A DNA stretch of 64,000 bases from Heterodontus francisci (taxonomy: Eukaryota): contig NW_027141336.1 in assembly GCF_036365525.1 (NCBI RefSeq), positions 1 through 64,000 on the forward strand, written 5' to 3'. The translations under genes and the position numbers were made by a program. How positions within the stretch are numbered: the stretch's first letter is position 1; each line of letters starts with the position of its first letter. The notes below the pieces were generated by a model. It was not told the origin of the DNA, made no database searches, and worked only from the letters and a program-made list of their open reading frames with translations. This document shows, in pieces, positions 63,370 through 64,000 of this stretch.

Positions 63370-64000
63370 TAGATTCTGAATTATCCTTTTCTCATTTCTG
63401 TTGATTTCTAGTTTGTTTAAGCACTCCATTATTTTCTGACGGTAGATGCTATCAAATGCCTCTCATTGATTATAAAGCATACATTCACAGTTTGTTTTTG
63501 CACTTCCAGGTGTCTTCCAATAACTACTTTCAAGTTAAAGATGTTCCTTTCTTTGATTTGAATCCTGACTGATTATCATCTATCTCTGCTTCTATAGACT
63601 GATCATTTCTTCCCAAAATGATTATTGGTATCATTTTCATCACAGGGCTCAAGAAGCTTATTGTCCTGCTCTCTGAACGCTCTCGGGCTTTTGGTTTCTT
63701 TGGCAGCTTAATGAACACCGGCTGCATCAGATCTTCATGTAAGAATCCTGTTCTGTAAATGTTGTTGCAGTCTCAATCAGTATCTCAATGTGAACATCAT
63801 TCGGGGCTTTCAGGCATTCTGTTGGTATCTCACCGATTCCAGGTTCTTTCTTTGTTCTCAGCTTGTTGATTGCTGGACTGACTTCTGCTTCTATTATCTC
63901 CAGTAATTCTCTTCCTTCTGATCATTCCAATTCACATCTGTCTTCATCATCATACAGCTCTCTGAAGTACTTCACCCATCGTTCCTCTGCACTTTCTTTT
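63370..64000 (-). mobile_element. RTE-clade LINE RT fragment
   Basis: ORF 63530..63727 reads FIKLPKKPKA..RTIS..S.VMK...QSGF..KKGT. Confidence 0.7.

Overview
Eukaryotic (cartilaginous fish/shark-like) genomic DNA. It is dominated by transposable elements and has two short N-gaps. Two host genes can be supported. (1) The 3' part of an MHC class I heavy-chain gene on +: alpha2, alpha3, TM and two cytoplasmic exons, all joined by phase-1 GT-AG introns, plus a probable non-coding terminal exon carrying a 45-bp minisatellite. The leader and alpha1 exons lie upstream of the window. (2) An intact two-exon class A GPCR of the GPR139/GPR142-like family on - (about 327 aa). Between them are nested repeats: many CR1 LINE fragments (one young, with a single stop), HE1-type tRNA SINEs, RTE, Tx1 and CR1/Zenon-like LINEs, hAT- and Harbinger-like MITEs, a degenerate retrovirus-like LTR element, a 9.6-kb Copia (GalEa-like) LTR retrotransposon with both LTRs, a tRNA-iMet PBS and a PPT, and six tandem arrays. 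The most notable observation is a family of roughly 100-bp mobile insertions that begin with a minimal type I hammerhead ribozyme core; two copies have 13-14 bp target-site duplications. All family assignments come from motif recognition, not database searches.
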